This document shows positions 1 through 8,805 of a stretch of DNA of 56,217 bases, piece by piece; position 1 is the stretch's first letter; every line of letters begins with the position of its first letter. Below the pieces are notes generated by a model. The model worked only from the letters and a program-made list of their open reading frames with translations, was not told where the DNA came from and did no database searches. Made by a program: the position numbers and the translations under genes. The stretch is from Candidatus Paceibacter sp. (lineage in GTDB: Bacteria > Patescibacteriota > Minisyncoccia > UBA6257 > 02-FULL-45-10c). The DNA lies in contig DYGE01000001.1 of the NCBI GenBank assembly GCA_020724845.1, forward strand, positions 1 to 56,217, written 5' to 3'.

Positions 1-1
1 A

Positions 2-160
2 GTCTACGACCCAAATGAAACAACCCAGACAGAGGAACCGCTAGTTGAAGAAGAAACTGCCGAATCAGCCGAAACAGCTACCGAACAGCCAAGCGAGGAA
101 ACAACTCCTCCGGCTGACGAAAATACAACCGAAGAGGAATTAGTTGAAGAGGCTTCGTAA
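2..160 (+). CDS. C-terminal fragment of an unidentified protein (acidic Glu/Thr/Pro-rich tail), truncated by window edge
   Basis: The open frame from position 2 reads VYDPNETTQTEEPLVEEETAESAETATEQPSEETTPPADENTTEEELVEEAS, then TAA at 158-160, followed by a strong hairpin terminator. The minus-strand ORF 4..186 (Ser/Val-rich low complexity) is its antisense shadow. Confidence 0.4.
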   Translation, partial: VYDPNETTQTEEPLVEEETAESAETATEQPSEETTPPADENTTEEELVEEAS

Positions 161-170
161 TCTGAAATTA

Positions 171-200
171 AAAAGCCGCCAAGCAATGCTTGGCGGCTTT
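171..200. terminator. Bidirectional rho-independent terminator
   Basis: Perfect 10-bp stem GCCGCCAAGC (175-184) / GCTTGGCGGC (188-197) with a 3-nt loop, an A-run before and a T-run after. It lies between convergent genes. Confidence 0.8.
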
Positions 201-201
201 G

Positions 202-936
202 TTACTGCTTAATGCTCTCAAGGAGGCAGTTGAGGCGCTTGTTGTCTTTCGGGTTGGTCCGCGCCTTGTCCGACTTGGCGTCGCTTTGCCTCCATCTGCC
301 ATCCTCGCAGGCTCGCTTCGCCCGTTCCAGAGAAGCCCTTAGAGCTGCCTCGGCTTTTTCTTTCGCGTCTTTTTCGTCCGAGTACCGCTCTACGTAGATG
401 ACGATCAGGTTGCCGAATTTTTCCAGGTCGCCGGTTTCAACCATCTTGCAATGATCAAAAGGCCCGACACCCTTGTTTTCGGCTAAGAGCTTCCGATGCT
501 CTTCCGGGTAAACGTAGTCGTAATAAGCGTGCAGCGCTTCATGGACGCCCACCAGCTTCATAGTAGCCATGGTCCAAGTGTCGCTGAAGCTTAAGTCGGT
601 GACTATAGTCCAGTAGACTTCGATCACCTTCTTAACCACATTCCCGTTTTCAAGGATGTCATACTGGATTCCGAGCGTGGTCTTGCTGTCTATGTCTTCG
701 TGCTCGCTGTAATCCTTGATGACGATCTCGGGGTGCATGGCGTTTGCCGGAACCTTGAGCTCCTTCCGCATCTCCGAGGAAACGAATTTCAGCAGTTCCA
801 GGTTATACGGGAGCTTGAACGGCCGTTCAAAGACGAACATGCTCCGATCCGGCGTGTGCCGCATCACGAACTTCTGCTTAGCGCACCCAGAGAAGGGGAG
901 CGCTAAAAGCGTCAGGCATAGTATTAGGCGTTTCAT
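202..936 (-). CDS. Secreted lipoprotein with HExxH (zinc-metallopeptidase-like) motif
   Basis: ORF track gives 202..999. I trimmed the start to ATG 936 because GGAGGAG lies 4 nt upstream and the protein then begins MKRLILCLTLLALPFSGC (signal peptide plus lipobox). It contains VGVHEALHAYY. It is visibly GC-richer than the core genes. Confidence 0.7.
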   Translation of the reverse strand: MKRLILCLTLLALPFSGCAKQKFVMRHTPDRSMFVFERPFKLPYNLELLKFVSSEMRKELKVPANAMHPEIVIKDYSEHEDIDSKTTLGIQYDILENGNVVKKVIEVYWTIVTDLSFSDTWTMATMKLVGVHEALHAYYDYVYPEEHRKLLAENKGVGPFDHCKMVETGDLEKFGNLIVIYVERYSDEKDAKEKAEAALRASLERAKRACEDGRWRQSDAKSDKARTNPKDNKRLNCLLESIKQ

Positions 937-1029
937 CTCTCCTCCACGAGAGTTTTGGGTTACTGTTTTTATTATATACGATTTTGTATAAAAAGTCAAA
1001 TAAAAATAAAAAAGCCCGCCAACACTAAG

Positions 1030-1245
1030 TTAGCGGGATGCTGGCAGGACGCAGTTAATCACGATTTCTTGCTTTTTCTGTTCACCCTTTTTTAGGGTCG
1101 ACTGATTGGCAGGCTTTCCAGGCGACCGGGTGGGGGCGTTGATAATCGTGCTTTTCGGCGTTTTCTTGGACAGTTGTGTCCACTGCGTCGCGCCGCAGCC
1201 GCAAAGGAACAGGGCGGCGGGAAGGAGAACGAGCAGCTTTTTCAC
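1030..1245 (-). CDS. Small lipoprotein (71 aa)
   Basis: GTG start at 1245 with GGAGG 5 nt upstream. MKKLLVLLPAALFLCGCG looks like a signal peptide plus lipobox-like Cys. GC-rich like its neighbour. Confidence 0.6.
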   Translation of the reverse strand: MKKLLVLLPAALFLCGCGATQWTQLSKKTPKSTIINAPTRSPGKPANQSTLKKGEQKKQEIVINCVLPASR

Positions 1246-1364
1246 GGCGCCTCCATCCTTATTTTTGGTTCAAAACTGCAATGTAAAGTATATATCAAAA
1301 GATTGAATATGTCTAGGAGCGCAGTTGTGGACAATTGTGATTCTTTTGTAAATCAAGGTAAATC

Positions 1365-1385
1365 AAAAACCCGACGTTAGTCGGG
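1365..1385 (-). terminator. Rho-independent terminator of the 103-aa gene
   Basis: The minus strand reads CCCGAC-TAAC-GTCGGG followed by TTTTT. The stop codon of ORF 1377..1688 lies in the loop. Confidence 0.6.
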
Positions 1386-1688
1386 CGAGGGGAGTGGTGT
1401 TTTACTAATATCCGTTGTGATTTCCAATGTTATCTTTTTCCGCGCAATGAGAGCGGGATTGGATATTACTACCAAGGCTCCGCCTGGCTTATTCCACTTG
1501 GCTACTTTCGTTTGGCGATCCTGAATTAATTTCTTGGCTTTTTCCAGGGCCTCCGCCAAGTTAGCGGCATCTATCAATTTCTCTGTTATATTAATATCCG
1601 GTTTAAATCTGTCGCCAGTATGAATCACTTCAGCCCATTTCAAAAGAAATTGAATGTTTTCGGATCGCACTTTTGACGAAGCCTTCAT
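1377..1688 (-). CDS. Hypothetical protein (103 aa)
   Basis: Clean ORF with its own terminator. I recognise no family motif. Confidence 0.5.
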   Translation of the reverse strand: MKASSKVRSENIQFLLKWAEVIHTGDRFKPDINITEKLIDAANLAEALEKAKKLIQDRQTKVAKWNKPGGALVVISNPALIARKKITLEITTDISKTPLPSPD

Positions 1689-1985
1689 TTATTTTATTGA
1701 TTTTAAAGGTTCGGGAAGATAGTAACATATAAGAGGGGCAATATCCATAGATATGGGGAAGCGTCATAATAAGCACTAATAATATGTCGCACAATATATC
1801 TTTTACGACAGATATGCGACTTATTATTAACATAAAAATAAGGCCTGTGAATAAGCCCCTATTTACTAAATGTCCCGGTAATGATATCTTTTTATCTTGT
1901 ATGCCAGGAATAATTGTAATTGCAGTATTTTGGTACGGAGTCTTCTATCTTTTATTGCAGAATACGCTGTAGTAGGATTGCTTCT

Positions 1986-2240
1986 CTAGAGCCTTCCGGC
2001 TATTTGCCTTACGGCTTCAAAGATCAGATTTAGTCCTAAAATGACCAATCTGCCTATATTTGCCAGGATAATCCTTAAATTGACTCCTATATTGTCGCTT
2101 ATCCAGACTTCAAGCGAATTCCCAACTAAAACTAGTTTCTGGAACAGTAATATCAAATCTGATCCGCTTTGCGGCACGTATTCGGACAGTTTTTTGGCGC
2201 TTTCGTTAAACAGGTCAAACAAGCGTAAAATTAGGTCCAT
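1986..2240 (-). CDS. Hypothetical small protein (84 aa)
   Basis: Same strand as its neighbours and ends 17 nt upstream of the M23 gene stop region. Its composition looks more protein-like than the overlapping plus-strand ORF 2041..2310. No motif recognised. Confidence 0.35.
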   Translation of the reverse strand: MDLILRLFDLFNESAKKLSEYVPQSGSDLILLFQKLVLVGNSLEVWISDNIGVNLRIILANIGRLVILGLNLIFEAVRQIAGRL

Positions 2241-2257
2241 AACCTCATTATACCATT

Positions 2258-3541
2258 TTATAGGGATAGATAGAGCCTCGGGTCCAGGTCACCGCCATAA
2301 GGCATTTTAGGGCCGCAATTTACCTTGCTGGAGCCGATTCTGAAGGTTTGGCTGGCATAAACCGTAAAATGCAGATGCGGGCCGGTGGCGTAGCCGCTAT
2401 TGCCGACATAGCCGATTAAATCGCCTCTCTTAACCGAGTCCCCTTTAGTAATATTTTCTGCAAATAAGGAAAGGTGGGCATAAAGCGTAGTTAAATTATT
2501 ATTGTGCTCTATTGCTATAAATTTACCGTAAGCTCCGCCTTTGCAATAGCGATCCTGGTCCCAAACTTCCAATATTGTGCCGTCTTCGGCGGCGATTATC
2601 GGCGTGCCTATGGCGGCTCCGAAATCAATTCCATTGTGCCAGCGGCCTTTATAGGCTGAGAGGGCGAACCTGGTGTTGCCGTATCCTTGAGTTAAGCGGC
2701 CCAGCACCGGCACTTCAAGTACGCCTGGCCGCGGCGTTGGCAGAAGAGTCGGGTCAATGGTTAAGCGCAGCTCTTCCTCTAATTTCTCTATTTCTGCCGC
2801 GATGGCGGCCTGTTGGGATTCCAGATCGCTTATTAATTGCTGATATGCTTTTTCTTGGCTTTTAGTTTGAGCGAGCAGGGATTCCTTCTCGCTTTTTTGA
2901 TTATTAGCGATAACTTTTTTATTTTTTAAATTATTGTTCTCCACCTCAATGCCTTTTCTCTTTTTAAAGGTGAGATTTAATTTACTCTCCAGATCCGAAT
3001 TCAAATTTACTAATTCAGCTACCTCAATTGATAGGCGGTTGTTGAGGTTGACGATATTCTGCAACTCATCAAAACTTTTTGATAAGCTCTTATTTTTTAG
3101 TAAGACAACCAGCGTAGTCTCGCCTTCTTTTTTCTGAAGATTGTTCAATAATGCCGCTACCGCGCTCTTTTTTAAAGCCAGCTTTTCCTCAACGTCGCCT
3201 ATATCGTATTTTAGAGATTCTATCTCCAAGCCTAGTTTATCAATATTAATTTCGCTGGCGCGTATGTTCAGGTTTAATTGGTTGATTTTGTAATCAAATG
3301 ATTTAACTTCGTTCTGCAGCGTTTTGCCTTGGGAGGCGGTCTTTTCCAGCTCTTCTTGAGTTTGCGATATTTTCTGGTTTAACTCTAGTAAAGCGGCTGT
3401 TTTAGCGTTGATTTCGGTTTTGAGATCTTCAGGAGTATCGGCGGCAATGGCAATCGAATAATTAATTATGAATAATGAATGAAGAGCTGCGGTCAACAAA
3501 AGATAGCCGGTCAACCGCGTAATTCTTAATTCCCGATTCAT
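2258..3541 (-). CDS. M23/LytM-family peptidoglycan endopeptidase with long N-terminal coiled coil (EnvC-like)
   Basis: N-terminal signal anchor, about 250 aa of heptad-rich coiled coil, then an M23 signature: HNGIDFGAAIGTPIIAAEDG ... YAHLS ... GYVGNSGYATGPHLHF. Confidence 0.9.
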   Translation of the reverse strand: MNRELRITRLTGYLLLTAALHSLFIINYSIAIAADTPEDLKTEINAKTAALLELNQKISQTQEELEKTASQGKTLQNEVKSFDYKINQLNLNIRASEINIDKLGLEIESLKYDIGDVEEKLALKKSAVAALLNNLQKKEGETTLVVLLKNKSLSKSFDELQNIVNLNNRLSIEVAELVNLNSDLESKLNLTFKKRKGIEVENNNLKNKKVIANNQKSEKESLLAQTKSQEKAYQQLISDLESQQAAIAAEIEKLEEELRLTIDPTLLPTPRPGVLEVPVLGRLTQGYGNTRFALSAYKGRWHNGIDFGAAIGTPIIAAEDGTILEVWDQDRYCKGGAYGKFIAIEHNNNLTTLYAHLSLFAENITKGDSVKRGDLIGYVGNSGYATGPHLHFTVYASQTFRIGSSKVNCGPKMPYGGDLDPRLYLSL

Positions 3542-4983
3542 GATTCCAATTTTTTAATTGCGATATTTATTCTCCTTAATGCCTCTTCTTTTCCGATGAC
3601 TTCCATAATTTCAAATGGCCCCGGAGATTTGTTTTGCCCGGAAAGCGCCACTCTTAAGGGCCAGAGCACCTCTCCCCTGCCCTCGGCATCGGCGAAAGGC
3701 ATTATGCCCTTTTCCAGCTCTCGCTGAGCGAAATTCTTTTCTGAAATTTCAGATAGAATTTTTTCGGATCCTTCCAGGTATTCTTTAGTTTTACTTGGCG
3801 GCGTTTGCTTCCAATTAAGAAGCTCTTTTTCGTAAGCGTTCAATTCAAAAGAATCCATCAGCGCTTTGATATCGCTTAGCTTGCGCATTCTTGATTTTCC
3901 AACTTTCAACAACTTTAATATCCTTTCTTTATCCCGTTTTTGGTTTTCAGTCAGGCTATCGCCGGCCAGGTTAAAAAGCTCCTCGGGGCTTTTCCCTTGG
4001 ATATATTGGGAGTTCAGCCAATCAAGTTTTTGCACATCAAAAATGGCGCCGCCTTTTTGAATTCTCTCCAAATCAAATTTCTCAATTATTTCTGAAATTT
4101 CCATTTTTTCCGAATCATCCGTGGGGTGCCATCCCAAGAGCGCTATGAAGTTGATCAGGGCCTCCGGCAAGTATCCTTGTTCTTTATATTCATTGATAGA
4201 GGTAGCAGAAAAACGCTTGGACATTTTACTTCTGTCCGGATCCAAAATTAGCGGCAAATGGCCGTATTTCGGCTCCGGGAATCCTAATGCCTGCTGCAGC
4301 AAAATTTGTTTCGGTGTATTAGCGATATGGTCCTCGCCGCGAATAACGTGAGTTATCCGCATCGTATAATCGTCAATAACAACGGCGAAGTTATAGAGCG
4401 GGGTTCTGGTATTTTTTGCGATGGCGATATCTCCAATCAGCTTCGCATCAAAACTTATCTCGCCTCTTATAATGTCGTGGAAGGAAATTGTTCCTGATTC
4501 GGCCTTAAATCTTATAATTTGGGCTTCGTTTTCAGGCACGTTTTTACTTCGGCATTTGCCGCTGTATTTTGGCGCCTCTCCCCTTTTCATTTGCTCTTGG
4601 CGTTCCCGATCAAGCTCATCTTTGCTGCAGGAACAATAATAGGCCTTATTCTCTTCCAGCAACTGTTTCAAGTATTTTTCGTAAATATCCAGCCGTTCGG
4701 ATTGTCTGTACGGTCCGTATTTTCCGTTAACTCCGGGCCCTTCGTCCCATTCCAACCCGAGCCAAGTCAGGCCCTCAATGATGTCTTTTTCGTATTTCGG
4801 ATCAGATCTTTCTAAATCAGTGTCTTCAATGCGCAGAATAAACTTTCCTTTGTTTTGTCTTGCAAAAATCCAATTAAAAAGCGCCGTTCTAGCGGTGCCG
4901 ATATGCAAATAGCCTGTTGGGGAAGGCGCTATTCTGACTCGCACTGTTTCTTTTCGAAATATTTTTTTAAGAAGATCCAGCAT
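3538..4983 (-). CDS. gltX: Glutamyl-tRNA synthetase
   Basis: Class I signatures RIAPSPTGYLHIGTARTALFNW (HIGH) and KMSKR (KMSKS). Its stop overlaps the M23 start by 4 nt. Confidence 0.95.
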   Translation of the reverse strand: MLDLLKKIFRKETVRVRIAPSPTGYLHIGTARTALFNWIFARQNKGKFILRIEDTDLERSDPKYEKDIIEGLTWLGLEWDEGPGVNGKYGPYRQSERLDIYEKYLKQLLEENKAYYCSCSKDELDRERQEQMKRGEAPKYSGKCRSKNVPENEAQIIRFKAESGTISFHDIIRGEISFDAKLIGDIAIAKNTRTPLYNFAVVIDDYTMRITHVIRGEDHIANTPKQILLQQALGFPEPKYGHLPLILDPDRSKMSKRFSATSINEYKEQGYLPEALINFIALLGWHPTDDSEKMEISEIIEKFDLERIQKGGAIFDVQKLDWLNSQYIQGKSPEELFNLAGDSLTENQKRDKERILKLLKVGKSRMRKLSDIKALMDSFELNAYEKELLNWKQTPPSKTKEYLEGSEKILSEISEKNFAQRELEKGIMPFADAEGRGEVLWPLRVALSGQNKSPGPFEIMEVIGKEEALRRINIAIKKLES

Positions 4984-4996
4984 GTTGTATTTGTAT

Positions 4997-6154
4997 TTAT
5001 CTCCTGGCTTCTTCCAGCAGCTGCTTGGCTATAATAGCGCCGGAGTCAGGCCTATAAAATTCTTTGGCGGCTCTTCCCATAGCCTGGAGAAGCGGCTGAT
5101 CCGCAAGAAGTTTTTTCAGTTCTTCGGACATTAAATTACCAAGCAAATTTTTCTGCAAAATTACCATTGCCGCCTTGTTCTTAGAGTATGCGCGGGCGTT
5201 TTCCAGCTGGTGATCGTAGGCCGCTTCCGGAAGCGGAATAAGAATTGCCGGCTTGCCAAAGGCGGCGATTTCAAATATTGACCCGGCTCCTGCTCTGGAA
5301 ATAATAATGTCCGCGGCTATCATCGCTTCGGCTAGATTATCTTTGAAAAATGGCTGGAAAGCATAGCGCTTTTTTTCAATAGGGCTCCAGTCTTTGGTGA
5401 TAAATTGGAATTCCTGGGAATAGCTTTCGAAATTACTCCCTCCTACCTGATGCAATATCTGGGTGTGGCGGATAAGCAATTCTAGATTTTCAAGAATAAA
5501 ATTATTTATTCTTTCCGCTCCTTGCGACCCGCCAAGCACCAGCACCAGCGGTTCATCGGCAGAGAATCCGAAATTCAATTTTGCCACTTTTTGCATTTGA
5601 GGCAAATCGTTTTCTGACGGAATTTTAGCGAGCAGGGCTTCGCGCACCGGATTGCCCACTACTTCTATATTCTTTTTATTAAAATAATCTGCCGCCGTTT
5701 CTATCGCTAAGAAAACTTTTTTAGAAAAACGTCCCGAAATCCTGTTGGTAAGGCCGGGCGCGCTGTCAGATTCATGAATCAGAACCGGTATGCGGTAAAA
5801 TCGGCTAACCAGAACAACTGCTAGGGCTCCCGGCCCTCCTTTGGAAAAGACCGCGTCCGGCATAAACCAGAAAATTCGCCAGAGCATCTGGATTAGGCTT
5901 ATAAAAAATTTCGGAGCGTCTAAAAAATTAAGCGCAGACCAATACCGCCTGAACTTGCTTGATAACATTGGGTAAAATTTCATGCCGCTGGCTTCAATTT
6001 TATCGCGATATGATTTGGCCGGTCCGAAGTATCGAAGGTCAATTTCCAGCCCTGCTTGTTGAGCTTGTTTCTTAAGCTCGCCGGCAACCGCAATAAGCGG
6101 ATAGATATGTCCGCCGGTTCCCCCTCCTGTTAGTAAAATCCGTAATTTTTTCAT
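4997..6154 (-). CDS. murG: UDP-GlcNAc:lipid I N-acetylglucosaminyltransferase
   Basis: N-terminus ILLTGGGTGGHIYPLIAVA and C-terminal GAGSIFEIAAFGKPAILIP...DHQ..NA pattern. Adjacent to ftsW. Confidence 0.92.
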   Translation of the reverse strand: MKKLRILLTGGGTGGHIYPLIAVAGELKKQAQQAGLEIDLRYFGPAKSYRDKIEASGMKFYPMLSSKFRRYWSALNFLDAPKFFISLIQMLWRIFWFMPDAVFSKGGPGALAVVLVSRFYRIPVLIHESDSAPGLTNRISGRFSKKVFLAIETAADYFNKKNIEVVGNPVREALLAKIPSENDLPQMQKVAKLNFGFSADEPLVLVLGGSQGAERINNFILENLELLIRHTQILHQVGGSNFESYSQEFQFITKDWSPIEKKRYAFQPFFKDNLAEAMIAADIIISRAGAGSIFEIAAFGKPAILIPLPEAAYDHQLENARAYSKNKAAMVILQKNLLGNLMSEELKKLLADQPLLQAMGRAAKEFYRPDSGAIIAKQLLEEARR

Positions 6155-6199
6155 TTGTTCTTTAGTTCTTTTGTTTTTATGTTCTTCTGTTAGTATGCG

Positions 6200-7312
6200 C
6201 TAAGCATACTTGGATATATTAACCATTATACCTGAAATAGTCATAAAAATTGCTAGCGCGGTCCCTCCATAGCTGATATATGGCAATGGCACGCCAGTTA
6301 AGGGAATTAACCCCGATATTGCCCCGATATGCATAAAGGCTTGGATTGTTATCAAAGATCCGAAGCCGATCAGCAGCAATCTCCCGAATTCATCATTGAT
6401 TTTCTTAGACAACAGGAAGCTCCTTAAGCTAATGCTTGCAAAAACCGCGATTAATAAAATAGAACCGATGAATCCCAGCTCTTCAGCTATGACGGCGAAT
6501 ATTGAGTCGTCTGTGGGCTGGGGCAGATAATGCAGTTTGGTAGTGGACTTGCCGAAACCGACCCCGGTCAGCCCGCCGGACCCGATAGCGATCTTTGCTT
6601 GGTTAAGCTGGTAGGAGGATGTTTGGGTATTAGAATCCGGATTAAGGAAGCTCATAATTCTTTCCCAGCGGTATGGCGTTAAATAAGATATGATCAGCAG
6701 CGCTGCTAGCCCCAAAATTATCGTGCTGAAAATGTAGGAAAGCCGGGCTCCGCTGGCAAAATAAATAATCAGGGCGGTTGCTATTAAGATTGCTGCGGCG
6801 CTGGTTGATGGCTGGAAGATTAACAGCGCTCCCACAATGCCAAGAATAATCAAAAATGGTATAAATCCCCCAAAAAGGGTCTGCCGCCGGTCGTTTTTGC
6901 TGCCAAGCCAGGAGGCCAAGTAGATGATAAAAGTGATTTTTAGCAATTCCGATGGCTGAAAAGTGAATGGCCCAAGGTCAAGCCAGCGAGTCGCTCCGCC
7001 CGAAGTCACTCCCAGCGGAGTGTAGATCAGTATTAGGAATACCAATGAAGCGATCAATAAAGGTATGGCGAAGTTTTGGTAATAGCGGTAATAAAATTTT
7101 GAAGCCAGCCAAAATCCTATCAAGCCCACCGTTAGTCCGTAAATTAGTTGGTGGCGCAGATAAAAATAACTTTCGCTGAATTTTGCCTGACCAAGATCGG
7201 AAGACGCGCTGGTCAGCATGATCAGTCCAAAGATCACCAGAAAAAAGGTGCTTAGAATAATCAAATAATCGGGCGAACGTTCCCTTTGGCTATTTAATTT
7301 GAAACCTTTCAT
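6200..7312 (-). CDS. ftsW: SEDS-family peptidoglycan polymerase (FtsW/RodA)
   Basis: About 10 TM segments and the C-terminal SEDS pattern GLIPLTGVPLPYISYGGT. Called ftsW from its position next to murG. Confidence 0.88.
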   Translation of the reverse strand: MKGFKLNSQRERSPDYLIILSTFFLVIFGLIMLTSASSDLGQAKFSESYFYLRHQLIYGLTVGLIGFWLASKFYYRYYQNFAIPLLIASLVFLILIYTPLGVTSGGATRWLDLGPFTFQPSELLKITFIIYLASWLGSKNDRRQTLFGGFIPFLIILGIVGALLIFQPSTSAAAILIATALIIYFASGARLSYIFSTIILGLAALLIISYLTPYRWERIMSFLNPDSNTQTSSYQLNQAKIAIGSGGLTGVGFGKSTTKLHYLPQPTDDSIFAVIAEELGFIGSILLIAVFASISLRSFLLSKKINDEFGRLLLIGFGSLITIQAFMHIGAISGLIPLTGVPLPYISYGGTALAIFMTISGIMVNISKYA

Positions 7313-7317
7313 ATTAT

Positions 7318-8805
7318 TTATATTGGCCGTCCTGACCCTTTGGCAACTGCCTTCTTTTCTTGTACGGCCAACTTTCCATTTACCAGCACGTTGAATACCT
7401 GATTGTCTTTTAACATAACCAGATCGGCAAACCAGCCCTCTACTAATTTGCCGCGTTTTTGAATCCCGAAGATTTCTGCCGGCATAGCGGTGACTTTTCT
7501 AACCGCCTCTTCAATTGGCAGGCCTTGGGAAACGGCGGCTTGGAGATATCTCGGGAAACTGTTAATTGCCCTTTCCGGCTTTAAGGTTGTTTGAGATTCA
7601 GGCAGGCTGGCGCTATTTGAGCCTATGAGAGATCTAGGGTGCGTGAGCGTTCTCGTCAAAATATCAATATTAATATTTTCATAAAACAGCAGAGCCCGCA
7701 TACTCGTGATTTCCATCAATAAAAGAAGGGCCTCTAAAATTTCTAGATTTCTGTTCTCGGAGAATTTTTTCAGCGTATGGCCGATAATGTAAGGATTGTT
7801 ATGGGCTTCGGCGATAATGAGATTCTCAAATTTCAAATCTGAATTTGATAATTCTTCCAGAATTCTATTTCGATGGGTTTTGTCGTTTATAGTCTTCAGC
7901 ATTCCGACCTTGCCGCCTTCCTGGGCCCATTTTGGCAGCAAAGTGTAAATAGGCAAAACGCTTATACCAAAGGGATTTACCTGGAAGTAGAGGTCGGCTT
8001 CCTGAAGGCTATTTTCTATCAGGCGAAGGGCTTCTTGGAATTTTGTCTCCAGTCCGATAACCGGTCGGAAGTGGCTTATGATTGTTGTTACTCCGGTTTC
8101 CTTCGCAATTTTAACGGCCTCTTCCACGGAAGGCAGAAGGTTAGCATATTCGCTCCGCAGATGCGTGGTGTAGACCTTTCCCATTTTTTTTATGACAGCC
8201 AGCAATTCCTTTATCTCCGAATATGGCACGTGCCTGGCGTGAGAGTATCCGAGGCCGGTCGATAAGCCAAGCGCTCCTTCTTGCAGGGATTTTTCTAAAG
8301 AATTCTTGAAGACATCCAGCTCCGATTGGGTAAGGTCTCTGATTTCTTCGCCGACTAAATCTCTCCTGATTGTTGAGTGGCCGGCCAGAGTCCCAAAATT
8401 CACTCCAAGCCCTAATTGTTTCAGGGTTGCTTTGAGTTCCGAAACAGTATTCCAATTCACGTTAATTTTGTTAATATCTCCCCACTTTTGGATTGATTTC
8501 AAGGATCCGTATATTAACGGAGCGAGCGATGAGCCGCACTGTCCGCCGATCACGGTGGTTATTCCTTGCAAAAGGAAGTCTTTCTGCGCAGGGTCGGAAA
8601 ATAGGCCTAAATAATGATCGGTAGTGCTGTGGGTGTCTATAAAACCCGGCGTTACGGTCAGCCCAAGGCCGTCTATGACGGTTTCCGCGTGTTGGCTGGG
8701 AAAGTTGCCTATGGCGGAGATTTTATCGTCTTTGATTAAAATATCCCCTTTAAAAGGAGCTTGGCCTGTGCCGGTGATAATTTGAGCGCCTTTTATTAGA
8801 ATCAT
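7318..8805 (-). CDS. Amidohydrolase-superfamily protein, D-aminoacylase-like
   Basis: MILIKGAQIITGTG...ILIKDDKISAIG...TPGFIDTHSTTDH resembles the N-acyl-D-amino-acid deacylase branch. The usual HxH metal motif reads H-S-T here. The start overlaps the stop of the upstream ATPase gene (ATGA). Confidence 0.75.
   Translation of the reverse strand: MILIKGAQIITGTGQAPFKGDILIKDDKISAIGNFPSQHAETVIDGLGLTVTPGFIDTHSTTDHYLGLFSDPAQKDFLLQGITTVIGGQCGSSLAPLIYGSLKSIQKWGDINKINVNWNTVSELKATLKQLGLGVNFGTLAGHSTIRRDLVGEEIRDLTQSELDVFKNSLEKSLQEGALGLSTGLGYSHARHVPYSEIKELLAVIKKMGKVYTTHLRSEYANLLPSVEEAVKIAKETGVTTIISHFRPVIGLETKFQEALRLIENSLQEADLYFQVNPFGISVLPIYTLLPKWAQEGGKVGMLKTINDKTHRNRILEELSNSDLKFENLIIAEAHNNPYIIGHTLKKFSENRNLEILEALLLLMEITSMRALLFYENINIDILTRTLTHPRSLIGSNSASLPESQTTLKPERAINSFPRYLQAAVSQGLPIEEAVRKVTAMPAEIFGIQKRGKLVEGWFADLVMLKDNQVFNVLVNGKLAVQEKKAVAKGSGRPI

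Noticed and set aside
4-186. 60-aa minus-strand ORF (Ser/Val/Gly-rich)
   Set aside because: Its composition is low-complexity and it runs through the terminator hairpin. It is the antisense shadow of the plus-strand frame that ends at TAA 158-160 just before that terminator.
1689-1985. ORFs 1630..1833 (-) and 1784..1972 (+) in the AT-rich gap, and a GTCGCA...TGCGAC inverted repeat around 1787-1826
   Set aside because: The ORFs have implausible composition (Ile/Leu/Phe/Cys-rich), no RBS and mutual overlap. The inverted repeat is short with a large loop. This is probably just promoter or spacer DNA.
2041-2310. Plus-strand 89-aa ORF overlapping ORF 1986..2240 and the M23 gene 3' end
   Set aside because: It overlaps the end of the confidently called M23 gene and is Ser/Ile/Phe-rich with no RBS. 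I prefer the minus-strand 84-aa ORF, at low confidence.
6192-6210. Small hairpin AGTATGC-GCTAA-GCATACT at the ftsW stop, upstream of murG
   Set aside because: It has a 7-bp stem with no T-run, inside a tight operon. It is too weak to call a terminator or regulator.
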